NCBI GenBank assembly: GCA_002245135.1
Contig: NGBS01000896.1
Location: 1-64,000, forward strand
DNA length: 64,000 nucleotides
DNA from: Proteromonas lacertae
Taxonomy: Eukaryota
Reading direction: 5' to 3'
In this document: positions 1 to 14,780 of the stretch, one piece after another
How positions within the stretch are numbered: position 1 is the stretch's first letter
Layout: every line of letters starts with the position of its first letter
Translations under genes and position numbers: made by a program
Notes under the pieces: model-generated
What the model was told of the DNA's origin: nothing
The model's database searches: none
What the model saw: the letters and a program-made list of their open reading frames with translations, nothing else

Positions 1-279
1 ATTACTTGAGTAATATATACTAATTTTCACCACAATATATCATTTACACATCAATTTCACAAAAATGCTTTATATTTATAAATATTGAGCCGTTTTCTTT
101 CGTCATTATTCATTTTTCTCTTAAATCATCACTAAGCATAGATAATGATATAATAACATGAATAGATTGATATATTTTTTATTTTCCTTTAATATAACAT
201 TATCAATATGATTTAAAATGCTTATAAGAAATCATAAAAGAGAGAGTGATATATAAGAAAAAAGAGTGAAATAATAATC

Positions 280-397
280 AGAATCGTTCATATCTACAAT
301 AAAGCACCGCATCCCATCAGAACTGCGAAGTTAAGATTGTACGAGCTATGATAGTAGTACAGTGGGGACTCTGTGCGAAGTCATAGTAACGATTCTT
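280..397 (+). rRNA. 5S ribosomal RNA
   Basis: ~118 nt. Terminal helix AGAATCGTT/AACGATTCT; conserved 5S core ACCGCATCCCATCAGAACTGCGAAGTTAAG; ...TAGTAGTACAGTGGGGAC...GCGAAGTC; followed directly by a T-run. The minus-strand ORF 317..517 is a shadow. Confidence 0.92.
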
Positions 398-408
398 TTT
401 TTCTTTTT
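396..408 (+). terminator. RNA polymerase III oligo-T terminator of the 5S gene
   Basis: TTTTTTTCTTTTT immediately after the 5S 3' stem. Confidence 0.75.
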
Positions 409-646
409 GTTTATTTCTTTTTTCTTTCCTTTTATTATGATGTGGAGCAGGTATAGAAATAATAAAATAAGACAAATAAATAGAATCAAACTCAATTAAA
501 AAGTAATTATACTTCATGCATAAAATCTCATTATTTGTCTATTATTATGTTATATTTAACTTCAATTTAATGTTCATTGAATTAATAAACAAAAACATTA
601 CACAAAGAATAATATAAAAAAAGTGTATTGAATTCTAGAAATAGAT

Positions 647-3600
647 TTATTTTAATCTAAGATTCACAGAATTTAAACCAGATAAACATTCTCCATCTTT
701 TAATTCTCTTTTTATCCATCTACCTTTTTCACAATATTTATATCCATTCTCTGTACATTCACTATTTCCTTCTATACATTCAGGATTTACATCTTCTTCT
801 CTTTTATTTATTATTGAAATTTCTTTAACATTTTCGTTTATACAATATTCATTTTCACCGATTGAAATTGTTTTCCAAATATTAGATATACATTTTCTAT
901 ATCCTTTACCTTTCACTCTTTCTGATATACATTCTTCTATTCCATTTTCTAAACAGAATATTTCACTTTTACAGTTATATTCAGATTTCTTTTGGTTTTT
1001 ACAATATTCACTATTCCAACCATCTTCGATTTTTACTATACTTCCACTTTGATAACATATTTCATCATCTTTTAATCTCTTTTCTTTCCATTTACCATTC
1101 TCACATATTTTATAACTACTGCCACAACTACATTCTTTCGATTTTTCACATACTTTTAATCCATCTTCGCATTCTTTTACTTCACAACCACAATTATGAT
1201 ATTTACTATTCATACATTCACTATTGTTACAACTATTCAATAATCGGATATTTAGGCCATCTTGATAGCATATTTCATTATTACTATCTCGTTCAAACCA
1301 TAAACCATTTACACATTCTAAATAACCTTTTCCACATTCACATTCACTCAAACACTTCTTTTCACCATTTATACAATTCTTTTCTAATCTTACAGATTTA
1401 CTTATTTCTTTACATTTTGATTCTATTTCTTTATCAGTTTTATGGAGAATTTCAATCTCTTTTTTATTATTTTCATAACATATTTCATCATATTTTAAAT
1501 CTTCTTCATATATTATTGAATCTTTTACTTTCAAATAACTTCCACCTAGTTTACATTCTTCTTTACATTTATAATTTCCATCTTTCATTTCTTCATTCAA
1601 TATTATACCTCTTGAATAACAATTCAATAGATTTTTATCTTTACATAAACCTCTTTCATTTATTATACCAATTTTCATATATTCTAGCTGATTCATTTTC
1701 TTCAACACAAACTAATTGAGAATTCTCTTCGACATTGGAATAGAAATATAAGGAATTTTTATCCATTTACCTTCATTATTACATATTTCGATTTCATTAT
1801 TTTCACAAGAACAAGATTCTACACATCGACTTGTATTCACTTTACAGGCTATTTCACTTGGATTTGGACTTGTTATTAAGATATCTTCATAAATTGGTTT
1901 ACAATTACAATCACCTTTTACTAAACCTTCACAATTACCTTGACTTCCACTTTCTTTACAACTCATTTCTTCTATTATACTTGTTCCATTTTGATAACAT
2001 ATTGTTCCATCTGCTAAAGGCATTCTTTTCCATACTCCCCAAACACATTGTAAGAAACCTTTACCACATTCACATTCACTTATACATTGGAATTCACCAT
2101 GAATACATTCAGGATCAATTGGAATTACAGTTGGATTTGAACTTGGTATTATTGTTGGTATTGAACTTGTAGGTATAGGAGTAGCAGGAGGATAAGGAGT
2201 TTTTATATTTTCACAATAACAATTACCATTTATTCTATTTTCACATATTGGATGATAATATCCATTACAACCATTCTCTAAAGATATTGAACTTCCATTT
2301 TGACCACATATTAATTCAAAACCGATTTCTACATGTTCCCATTTATTATTATTACATACATAATATCCATTTCCACATTCACATTCATTTTCACATAAAT
2401 ATTCACCATTTTTACATTCACCACTTGGTTTTACACTTGGAGTGTTTGTACCAGGATTAGGATATAAACACATACATTCACCACTTATTCGACCACTACA
2501 TATACCTTCATCATATCCTTTACAACCACTATCAATTGTTATATTATATTCATCTACTCTTCCACATACTAGATTATTCTCGATATTTATATATCGCCAT
2601 CTTCCATCAATACATTCTTCATATCCTTTTCCACATTCACATTCATTCAAACATCTTTGATTACCATTCACACATTCTGGAATTATCGTTGGAGCATTTG
2701 TTGTTCCACAAGAACATTCACCTCTTATTCGACCACTACATATACCTTCATCATATCCTTTACAACCACTATCAATTGTTATATTATATTCATCTACTCT
2801 TCCACATACTAGATTATTCTCGATATTTATATATCGCCATCTTCCATCAATACATTCTTCATATCCTTTTCCACATTCACATTCATTCAAACATCTTTGA
2901 TTACCATTCACACAGTCAGGAATTATTGTAGGATAAATTGTGCTTGGATGTATTATATTAGTAGGATTTATTATACTACTACAGTTACAATCACCTCTTA
3001 TTCTTCCTTCACATTGAAATCTCTCTCCTTTTTCTAAACAAGCACGAACTTCGATTATTGAACTTCCATTTTGAGCACATACAGTTCCATAAGCATTTGG
3101 CATGTATTTCCATATTCCATTCGTACATTGATAAAAACCAGCTCCACATTCACATTCACAAGCACATCGATATTCACCTTCTTCACAGATTCCAGCTGGA
3201 GGAGTTGGAATACATGGAATAAATGATGGATTTACTGTAGATGTTGGAACAGATGTAGGATTTTCACATTCACAGTTTCCACTTATCAAATTTGCACAAC
3301 TTCCTTCATCTAATCCATCACATCCACTCACTATCGATATGTTATATTCACTTTCTTGAGAACATACTAAATTGTTAGCTATTCGAACATATGTCCATTC
3401 ACCATCTATACATTCTTCATAACCATCTCCACATCGACATCTATCAATACATCTTTGACTTCTTTCTACACATACTGGATGAGTGGCAGTAGGAGTTACA
3501 GTTGAAGTTGGAGTATCACATACACAGTTTCCACTTATCAAATTTGCACAACTTCCTTCATCTAATCCATCACATCCACTCACTATCGATATGTTATATT

Positions 3601-6600
3601 CACTTTCTTGAGAACATACTAAATTGTTAGCTATTCGAACATATGTCCATTCACCATCTATACATTCTTCATAACCATCTCCACATCGACATCTATCAAT
3701 ACATCTTTGACTTCTTTCTACACATACTCCAGGAGTTTCTGTTGAACTGTTTGGAACTTCCACTCTAGTTATATAAGCATCCTTGAATATATTATCTTCA
3801 GGTTCTTCATTTCCTAATCTTTTGATTTCTCGATTTAAATCACTTGGATCATTCTCTATTTCATGAGCTGCTCTTTCGATATCATCTTTACTAATCGTAT
3901 TTGGAACTTTTATTTTTACATCAATTATTAAATCATATTTACCATCTATATTAGTATTGTGATTTATATTAGGTATTACTTCTACATAAAAATTATCAAA
4001 TGGAATTGATATATCAGACATATTAGAATAAATATGAATTAATCCATCTATTACTATACGATTTTCTATAACTGTTAAAGATGTAACATCAGCATTAGAT
4101 ATATTAGTGAAATATATAATCATTTCTACTTCATTATTATTATTAATTGTTGGTATTTCAGTTGTTGGTCTTTCAGTTGTTGGTTTAATAGTTGTTGGTA
4201 TTTCAGTTGTTGGTATTTCAGTTGTTGGTTTAATAGTTGTTGGTATTTCAGATGTTGGTTTTATAGTTGTTGGTCTTTCCAGTTGCTGGTTTAACAGTCG
4301 TTGGAATTATTTCACCAAACCAGAAATATGCATTATTTGCAGATGGTTCGAATCTATCTTTATTATATTCAGCAACAAATGAATCATTTATTTTAGGAAT
4401 TATATCTTTTAACATTTCGATATTATTCTTGTTTGTATCAAAATGGATTATAAAATATCGAGAATTATTATGGTAATAATTTGGTGATTTTTCTATTGTA
4501 ATATTCATCTCTAAAGAATTATCTAACACTTTTATTAATGCCTTTTTAATTCCTTTTTCTAAACCATCCATTACATTAAATCTATAATCAATTCGACAAT
4601 TAGCATCTAATGGTTCAGTTTTCACTTCTTCAATATAGATTATGTTCTCGCGCTTTATACAGGTTAGATTATCTATTACATAATATTATATACATCATCA
4701 GTTATATATATATATACAAGGTAATTGAATCATTTCATCATTCACTACAAGATATGCATTGTTACTATTTTCATTGATTCTCACACAATCATATTTATCT
4801 TTATTATCCATTTTAGGACAAATAAATGATTTCCCACATTCTATTTCAGCTTTATCACCGGTGTTTTCATAGTTTACTCCTCCACTACTAAAGTGTTTTC
4901 CTTCATAGTGTTCATAACATTCATCAACACCTTCTAACATTACTGAAGCAGAATAACAGTTACAATCATCGGTGTTTCTCCACACAAAATTAGAATCATT
5001 CTTACACTCATTTCTTCTTTCTATATTACTATTCTTACATATCTCATATTCTATTTATTAATATTATATAACTCTTCATTATATTATTTATACCTTTCAA
5101 ATTGATTTTTACTTCTAATTCACCATCATTATATTTCAATGTTTTATCATCTATACATTCAAAATATTGTAAATCACTTGGAGGAGTTGGCTTTATTGTT
5201 GAAGGACCTTCAGTTGTTGGTTTCATTGTTGTTGGTTTCATTGTTGTTGGTTCTATTGTGGTTGGAGTTTCAGTTGTTGGTTTCATTGTTGTTGGTTTCA
5301 TTGTTGTTGGTTTCATTGTTGTTGGTTTCATTGTGGTGGGATTTTCATTTATATATTCTTCTATATAGATTTTATCATTTTCATTCACACATGTTAGATT
5401 ATCTAAAATATACATTATAATATGAAACATATACCAGATAATCTTATCACTTCACCATTTATTATAACATCTTGTTTATTACTCTTTTCATTCACTTTTA
5501 CACAATCATATATTTTCTTATTATCGATATTTGGACAATAAAATGAATCACCACATTTTTCCATTCCAGCTTCATACTCATTCTTTTCTTTTTTACCATT
5601 GTAACTGAAATAATCGCCATTATAGTATATGTAACAATATCTTATAGCATCTGAATATTTAGAAGCAGAATAACAGTTACATTCATCCAGTGTTTTGGAT
5701 AATAGAGGCCAACTAGATATACATTTTTCTCTTTTTTCTATCATATCGTTATTTATATTACATTTCTGATATTCTATTTATTATATTATATTATATTATA
5801 TTATATTATATATTATTATTATACCAGGTAGAATTATCTTCACTTCTAATTCACCATCATTATATTTCAATGTTTTATCATCTATACATTCAAAATATTG
5901 TAAATCACTTGGAGTAGTAGGTTCGATTGTTGTTGGCATTTCACTTGTAGTAGGTTCAACTGTTGTAGGTTTCATTGTTGTTGGTTCTATTGTGGTTGGA
6001 GTTTCAGTTGTTGGTTTCATTGTTGTTGGTTTCATTGTTGTTGGTTTCATTGTGGTGGGATTTTCATTTATATATTCTTCTATATAGATTTTATCATTTT
6101 CATTCACACATGTTAGATTATCTAAAATATACATTATAATATGAAACATATACCAGATAATCTTATCACTTCACCATTTATTATAACATCTTGTTTATTA
6201 CTCTTTTCATTCACTTTTACACAATCATATATTTTCTTATTATCGATATTTGGACAATAAAATGAATCACCACATTTTTCCATTCCAGCTTCATACTCAT
6301 TCTTTTCTTTTTTACCATTGTAACTGAAATAATCGCCATTATAGTATATGTAACAATATCTTATAGCATCTGAATATTTAGAAGCAGAATAACAGTTACA
6401 TTCATCCAGTGTTTTGGATAATAGAGGCCAACTAGATATACATTTTTCTCTTTTTTCTATCATATCGTTATTTATATTACATTTCTGATATTCTATTTAT
6501 TATATTATATTATATTATATTATATTATATATTATTATTATACCAGGTAGAATTATCTTCACTTCTAATTCACCATCATTATATTTCAATGTTTTATCAT

Positions 6601-9600
6601 CTATACATTCAAAATATTGTAAATCACTTGGAGTAGTAGGTTCGATTGTTGTTGGCATTTCACTTGTAGTAGGTTCAACTGTTGTAGGTTTCATTGTTGT
6701 TGGTTCTATTGTGGTTGGAGTTTCAGTTGTTGGTTTCATTGTTGTTGGTTTCATTGTTGTTGGTTTCATTGTGGTGGGATTTTCATTTATATATTCTTCT
6801 ATATAGATTTTATCATTTTCATTCACACATGTTAGATTATCTAAAATATACATTATAATATGAAACATATACCAGATAATCTTATCACTTCACCATTTAT
6901 TATAACATCTTGTTTATTACTCTTTTCATTCACTTTTACACAATCATATATTTTCTTATTATCGATATTTGGACAATAAAATGAATCACCACATTTTTCC
7001 ATTCCAGCTTCATACTCATTCTTTTCTTTTTTACCATTGTAACTGAAATAATCGCCATTATAGTATATGTAACAATATCTTATAGCATCTGAATATTTAG
7101 AAGCAGAATAACAGTTACATTCATCCAGTGTTTTGGATAATAGAGGCCAACTAGATATACATTTTTCTCTTTTTTCTATCATATCGTTATTTATATTACA
7201 TTTCTGATATTCTATTTATTATATTATATTATATTATATTATATTATATATTATTATTATACCAGGTAGAATTATCTTCACTTCTAATTCACCATCATTA
7301 TATTTCAATGTTTTATCATCTATACATTCAAAATATTGTAAATCACTTGGAGTAGTAGGTTCGATTGTTGTTGGCATTTCACTTGTAGTAGGTTCAACTG
7401 TTGTAGGTTTCATTGTTGTTGGTTCTATTGTGGTTGGAGTTTCAGTTGTTGGTTTCATTGTTGTTGGTTTCATTGTTGTTGGTTTCATTGTGGTGGGATT
7501 TTCATTTATATATTCTTCTATATAGATTTTATCATTTTCATTCACACATGTTAGATTATCTAAAATATACATTATAATATGAAACATATACCAGATAATC
7601 TTATCACTTCACCATTTATTATAACATCTTGTTTATTACTCTTTTCATTCACTTTTACACAATCATATATTTTCTTATTATCGATATTTGGACAATAAAA
7701 TGAATCACCACATTTTTCCATTCCAGCTTCATACTCATTCTTTTCTTTTTTACCATTGTAACTGAAATAATCGCCATTATAGTATATGTAACAATATCTT
7801 ATAGCATCTGAATATTTAGAAGCAGAATAACAGTTACATTCATCCAGTGTTTTGGATAATAGAGGCCAACTAGATATACATTTTTCTCTTTTTTCTATCA
7901 TATCGTTATTTATATTACATTTCTGATATTCTATTTATTATATTATATTATATTATATTATATTATATATTATTATTATACCAGGTAGAATTATCTTCAC
8001 TTCTAATTCACCATCATTATATTTCAATGTTTTATCATCTATACATTCAAAATATTGTAAATCACTTGGAGTAGTAGGTTCGATTGTTGTTGGCATTTCA
8101 CTTGTAGTAGGTTCAACTGTTGTAGGTTTCATTGTTGTTGGTTCTATTGTGGTTGGAGTTTCAGTTGTTGGTTTCATTGTTGTTGGTTTCATTGTTGTTG
8201 GTTTCATTGTTGTTGGTTTCATTGTGGTGGGATTTTCATTTATATATTCTTCTATATAGATTTTATCATTTTCATTCACACATGTTAGATTATCTAAAAT
8301 ATACATTATAATATGAAACATATACCAGATAATCTTATCACTTCACCATTTATTATAACATCTTGTTTATTACTCTTTTCATTCACTTTTACACAATCAT
8401 ATATTTTCTTATTATCGATATTTGGACAATAAAATGAATCACCACATTTTTCCATTCCAGCTTCATACTCATTCTTTTCTTTTTTACCATTGTAACTGAA
8501 ATAATCGCCATTATAGTATATGTAACAATATCTTATAGCATCTGAATATTTAGAAGCAGAATAACAGTTACATTCATCCAGTGTTTTGGATAATAGAGGC
8601 CAACTAGATATACATTTTTCTCTTTTTTCTATCATATCGTTATTTATATTACATTTCTGATATTCTATTTATTATATTATATTATATTATATTATATTAT
8701 ATATTATTATTATACCAGGTAGAATTATCTTCACTTCTAATTCACCATCATTATATTTCAATGTTTTATCATCTATACATTCAAAATATTGTAAATCACT
8801 TGGAGTAGTAGGTTCGATTGTTGTTGGCATTTCACTTGTAGTAGGTTCAACTGTTGTAGGTTTCATTGTTGTTGGTTCTATTGTGGTTGGAGTTTCAGTT
8901 GTTGGTTTCATTGTTGTTGGTTTCATTGTTGTTGGTTTCATTGTTGTTGGTTTCATTGTGGTGGGATTTTCATTTATATATTCTTCTATATAGATTTTAT
9001 CATTTTCATTCACACATGTTAGATTATCTAAAATATACATTATAATATGAAACATATACCAGATAATCTTATCACTTCACCATTTATTATAACATCTTGT
9101 TTATTACTCTTTTCATTCACTTTTACACAATCATATATTTTCTTATTATCGATATTTGGACAATAAAATGAATCACCACATTTTTCCATTCCAGCTTCAT
9201 ACTCATTCTTTTCTTTTTTACCATTGTAACTGAAATAATCGCCATTATAGTATATGTAACAATATCTTATAGCATCTGAATATTTAGAAGCAGAATAACA
9301 GTTACATTCATCCAGTGTTTTGGATAATAGAGGCCAACTAGATATACATTTTTCTCTTTTTTCTATCATATCGTTATTTATATTACATTTCTGATATTCT
9401 ATTTATTATATTATATTATATTATATTATATTATATATTATTATTATACCAGGTAGAATTATCTTCACTTCTAATTCACCATCATTATATTTCAATGTTT
9501 TATCATCTATACATTCAAAATATTGTAAATCACTTGGAGTAGTAGGTTCGATTGTTGTTGGCATTTCACTTGTAGTAGGTTCAACTGTTGTAGGTTTCAT

Positions 9601-12480
9601 TGTTGTTGGTTCTATTGTGGTTGGAGTTTCAGTTGTTGGTTTCATTGTTGTTGGTTTCATTGTTGTTGGTTTCATTGTGGTGGGATTTTCATTTATATAT
9701 TCTTCTATATAGATTTTATCATTTTCATTCACACATGTTAGATTATCTAAAATATACATTATAATATGAAACATATACCAGATAATCTTATCACTTCACC
9801 ATTTATTATAACATCTTGTTTATTACTCTTTTCATTCACTTTTACACAATCATATATTTTCTTATTATCGATATTTGGACAATAAAATGAATCACCACAT
9901 TTTTCCATTCCAGCTTCATACTCATTCTTTTCTTTTTTACCATTGTAACTGAAATAATCGCCATTATAGTATATGTAACAATATCTTATAGCATCTGAAT
10001 ATTTAGAAGCAGAATAACAGTTACATTCATCCAGTGTTTTGGATAATAGAGGCCAACTAGATATACATTTTTCTCTTTTTTCTATCATATCGTTATTTAT
10101 ATTACATTTCTGATATTCTATTTATTATATTATATTATATTATATTATATTATATATTATTATTATACCAGGTAGAATTATCTTCACTTCTAATTCACCA
10201 TCATTATATTTCAATGTTTTATCATCTATACATTCAAAATATTGTAAATCACTTGGAGTAGTAGGTTCGATTGTTGTTGGCATTTCACTTGTAGTAGGTT
10301 CAACTGTTGTAGGTTTCATTGTTGTTGGTTCTATTGTGGTTGGAGTTTCAGTTGTTGGTTTCATTGTTGTTGGTTTCATTGTTGTTGGTTTCATTGTGGT
10401 GGGATTTTCATTTATATATTCTTCTATATAGATTTTATCATTTTCATTCACACATGTTAGATTATCTAAAATATACATTATAATATGAAACATATACCAG
10501 ATAATCTTATCACTTCACCATTTATTATAACATCTTGTTTATTACTCTTTTCATTCACTTTTACACAATCATATATTTTCTTATTATCGATATTTGGACA
10601 ATAAAATGAATCACCACATTTTTCCATTCCAGCTTCATACTCATTCTTTTCTTTTTTACCATTGTAACTGAAATAATCGCCATTATAGTATATGTAACAA
10701 TATCTTATAGCATCTGAATATTTAGAAGCAGAATAACAGTTACATTCATCCAGTGTTTTGGATAATAGAGGCCAACTAGATATACATTTTTCTCTTTTTT
10801 CTATCATATCGTTATTTATATTACATTTCTGATATTCTATTTATTATATTATATTATATTATATTATATTATATATTATTATTATACCAGGTAGAATTAT
10901 CTTCACTTCTAATTCACCATCATTATATTTCAATGTTTTATCATCTATACATTCAAAATATTGTAAATCACTTGGAGTAGTAGGTTCGATTGTTGTTGGC
11001 ATTTCACTTGTAGTAGGTTCAACTGTTGTAGGTTTCATTGTTGTTGGTTCTATTGTGGTTGGAGTTTCAGTTGTTGGTTTCATTGTTGTTGGTTTCATTG
11101 TTGTTGGTTTCATTGTGGTGGGATTTTCATTTATATATTCTTCTATATAGATTTTATCATTTTCATTCACACATGTTAGATTATCTAAAATATACATTAT
11201 AATATGAAACATATACCAGATAATCTTATCACTTCACCATTTATTATAACATCTTGTTTATTACTCTTTTCATTCACTTTTACACAATCATATATTTTCT
11301 TATTATCGATATTTGGACAATAAAATGAATCACCACATTTTTCCATTCCAGCTTCATACTCATTCTTTTCTTTTTTACCATTGTAACTGAAATAATCGCC
11401 ATTATAGTATATGTAACAATATCTTATAGCATCTGAATATTTAGAAGCAGAATAACAGTTACATTCATCCAGTGTTTTGGATAATAGAGGCCAACTAGAT
11501 ATACATTTTTCTCTTTTTTCTATCATATCGTTATTTATATTACATTTCTGATATTCTATTTATTATATTATATTATATTATATTATATTATATATTATTA
11601 TTATACCAGGTAGAATTATCTTCACTTCTAATTCACCATCATTATATTTCAATGTTTTATCATCTATACATTCAAAATATTGTAAATCACTTGGAGTAGT
11701 AGGTTCGATTGTTGTTGGCATTTCACTTGTAGTAGGTTCAACTGTTGTAGGTTTCATTGTTGTTGGTTCTATTGTGGTTGGAGTTTCAGTTGTTGGTTTC
11801 ATTGTTGTTGGTTTTAATGTGGTTGGATTTACAGTGGTTGGCTTAAGAGTAGTTGGTTTTACAGTAGTTGGAGTTACAATAGTTGGATCTTCTATGTAGA
11901 CAAAGCTATTGCGATTAACACAAGTTAAATGTTCTATTATATATATTATAACATAAAAAATATACTAGGTAATCTAATTATTTCACCATTAATTAGAAGA
12001 TCCTGTTTGTTACTATTCTCATCAATTTTTACACAATCATATGGTTTTTTGGGATCATAAATTATTTTAGGGCAATAAAATGATTTTCCACATTTTTCTA
12101 CTCCCAAATTACCAGTGTTACTGATTTCTTTTTCATTAAAACTGAACAATGTTCCATTATAATGCTTGTAACAATGACCAACAATCATTACTTCTTTTAA
12201 TGAAGCTGAATAGCAGTTGCAATCATCAAATGTTCTTATTGTTTTATGATAATCCTTTTTACATTCATTTCTTTTCTCTACCAACTCTTTACTAACATCA
12301 CATCTCTGATATTCTATAAAATGTAATACATAATATTATTATACCTGGCAGAGTAAACTTATAATGTTTATCAATATTATCATTATCAATATATTCTAAC
12401 GTAAACTCATCAGGACATCTAAACAAACAAAGAATTGATGGAACAAATAATAGAACAACAAATAAATGTAATAACTTCAT
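647..12480 (-). CDS. Giant secreted Cys-rich mucin-like repeat protein (multi-exon, roughly 3,600 aa). Architecture: signal peptide, 11 Cys-rich domain + PTT-linker units, two non-repetitive modules, ~13 CBM19-like Cys modules
   Basis: Signal peptide MKLLHLFVVLLFVPSILC at 12480. Removing the 51-nt intron (e.g. 5774-5824) and the 32-nt intron (GTATATGTTTCATATTATAATGTATATTTTAG) joins the ORF fragments in frame (719-83=636 nt=212 aa per unit). C-terminal modules C-x2-G-x3-C...G-Y/F-x2-C-x2-G-x-W...C-x-Q. Apparent frameshifts near 4280 and 1670-1740. No C-terminal TM helix. Confidence 0.8.
2474..3728. repeat. Two internal near-exact duplications of Cys-module coding DNA (~240-bp and ~252-bp periods)
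   Basis: The CVNGNQRC... module occurs twice (about 2474-2680 and 2714-2915). The CVERSQRC... module occurs twice (about 3270-3477 and 3522-3728). Confidence 0.9.
5100..11810. repeat. Tandem array of nine near-identical 719/734-bp units (exons plus two introns), with diverged units on both flanks
   Basis: Identical 109-aa ORFs have left ends at 5415, 6134, 6853, 7572, 8306, 9040, 9759, 10478 and 11197. Spacing is 719 or 734 bp; the 15-bp difference is one extra KPTTM minisatellite unit. Confidence 0.97.
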
Positions 12481-12948
12481 TTTTAATCTGTAATAAAAAA
12501 TAATTACAAATTTATAAGGAGAAGCAAATCCTAAGTGAAGCGAAACAAGAATAAATGTTTCACATCTTCTTTTAAAAAATTCCTAAAAAGATTCACAGAT
12601 AAAATGAAGAATATAAAATTATTTCTTAAATAGTTTCACATATAAATAACCATCTAAAGAATAAAAAGAGGATTTTATAATAGTAGAATCGAGTCAAGCT
12701 TTTTGTTTTTACTAAATTTCTAGGGTTTCGAATGTTAAATAGACTTATGAGGGATTTTATTTAGAAGTAAGATGATTCATAATTATGATAATTTAACAAG
12801 TAAGTAATAATACTGAAGAATTATACTATATTCAAAATTTAAAATTTTAATCTCTCTAATTCATCCTTTTCGTTTATGAAACTTTGTTATAATATAAATT
12901 CGATAATTTTGATGTAAAATTTTGTGTAAGTTCATTTATGTAATTGAC

Positions 12949-14780
12949 ATGTCAATAATGATAATTTACATTTTGCTGTTTATAATCTCTGTACCTTCCT
13001 TTACAATTTTGATTTTGTTAGGTTTAGATTATTATGAGTATATTAACCCGATATATTATTAGAAAACGATCAAGGTCGAAATGGCATAATCAACCCTTTC
13101 CCAAAGAATTAGAAGAAAAAATTTTGCATCCCAAAAGAGTTAATTACCGTAAATTAGACGAAAGCATTCCTAAAAGATACGATGTGCCGATCTTAGTAAC
13201 AGATTCTCAAGAATTTTATGAAGGCAAAAGATCAACACCCTATAGAAGCCGTGATGAATTTGATTCAATATTATCAGCTGATTTTAGTTCCAGATTTGAA
13301 AATACACCACCTTCATTTGCTATAGATACACCAAAATACAAACCATCTGGTTTATCAAAAGTCATAGAATATAATCCAGCTACTAATAGTAATCATAATG
13401 AGGTTGACTATAATCCTCACAAAGATTTAGACGAACAGCTTAATAATATATCAGAGATACCACTAGTTAATGAATCAACTTGTTTTGAGTATGAAACTAC
13501 ATATATTATATTATTGTAATAGAGCCTCTAAAAGAAAGAGATTGACAGATGAAGAAGAAGAAGAAGATGATGATGATGGTGAAGTTAATAGATTAGAAAC
13601 ACAAAACTTAATTTCAAAATCGACAATATATGATCAATGCCAAGAAATAATGAATAAATTAGAAAATGTTGAAGGAAAGAAAAAACTGACATTGAAGCCA
13701 TTGAAAAAGAGAAAGAAGGAGAATGAATTAGTAAGAGATGTATTGAAAAGAAAGTTAAGCGAAAGTATTACTAATTCTCAGAATAGATCGACTGTTTATG
13801 TCGTATATGTATTTAATTTAATATAATAGCCAAAGAAAAAATCAAAATTATTCATACAGCAATTACAACAACCTCAGACTCTAGAAAATGAATTAAAAAG
13901 ATCCATTGAAATGGAATTGTTGTTGTCACATGAATTAAGTAAGCCGTTGAGAGAAACAAAATCAGATGGCGATGAACTACTATTATTTCCTTTACAGAAA
14001 CCAAAACAGAATAATTACATTTCAAAAAGCGAAAATGTGTTAAAAAAGGATTTTAATGATGCTACAGTTGTTGTTGAAAATATAAATAATATGAAAGAAA
14101 GTAGTATGACACTACAAGGACAAGAAAAAAAAGAAAAAGAAGCAGATATATCTAATGTTGATATTAAAGAGGTGAAGAATGATTCAAATAGTTGTATTGC
14201 TAATAATGATAGTAATACCAATTCTTCATTAAGTGATAAAGATTTTTCATTTGATTCTGACGAAGGATCTCCCAAGCCTATAGTCAAGCTTAATAGTTTC
14301 AATACGAATAATGGAAAAGACAATCATGAAAAAATCATAAATGAAAATGTAAATGAGAATAATGAAAGTAATACTTTGTTTACTGCAAACAAATCTATTG
14401 AAATCCCTCAAGTCTCAGTTGAATCACATACAATAGATGAAAATAAAATGAAGAACTCTATATCTACATCTCCTTTTTCTCAATATGATAGACAAATTCA
14501 AATTTCTCTACCAAATGCTAATAAAACTCAACTATCTCCATCTCCATCTATATTTCTACCCATTAATAATCAAAATAATGTAAATAATTCAACTAGAATC
14601 AATTTTGGCAGTAATAATGACGTGTCTTCTTTGTTTTCAATGAATGAAGCAAAGAATGATAACAATAACAACAATACAATATTTAAACAACCATTACTAG
14701 CTAATAATCAGAAAACTGAAGTTAAATCAACATTCGGAAATAAAAGCAAGGGAAAAAAATTACAAATAAAGAGGAAATGA
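12949..14780 (+). CDS. Uncharacterised low-complexity, probably nuclear protein (multi-exon; start uncertain, 12949 or 13034)
   Basis: ORFs 13034-13519, 13470-13826 and 13911-14780 can be joined via short GT-AG introns. Contains basic clusters KRKR and KKRKK, an acidic run and an Asn/Ser-rich tail. Confidence 0.6.

Noticed and set aside
1..240. Possible gene fragment at the left edge
   Set aside because: There is no convincing reading frame or motif in the available sequence.
317..517. 66-aa minus-strand ORF
   Set aside because: It overlaps the 5S rRNA gene antisense and has no coding features.
5100..11810. Regular repeat array as CRISPR or satellite DNA
   Set aside because: Units are ~719 bp with no unique spacers and splice into a continuous protein; the context is eukaryotic.
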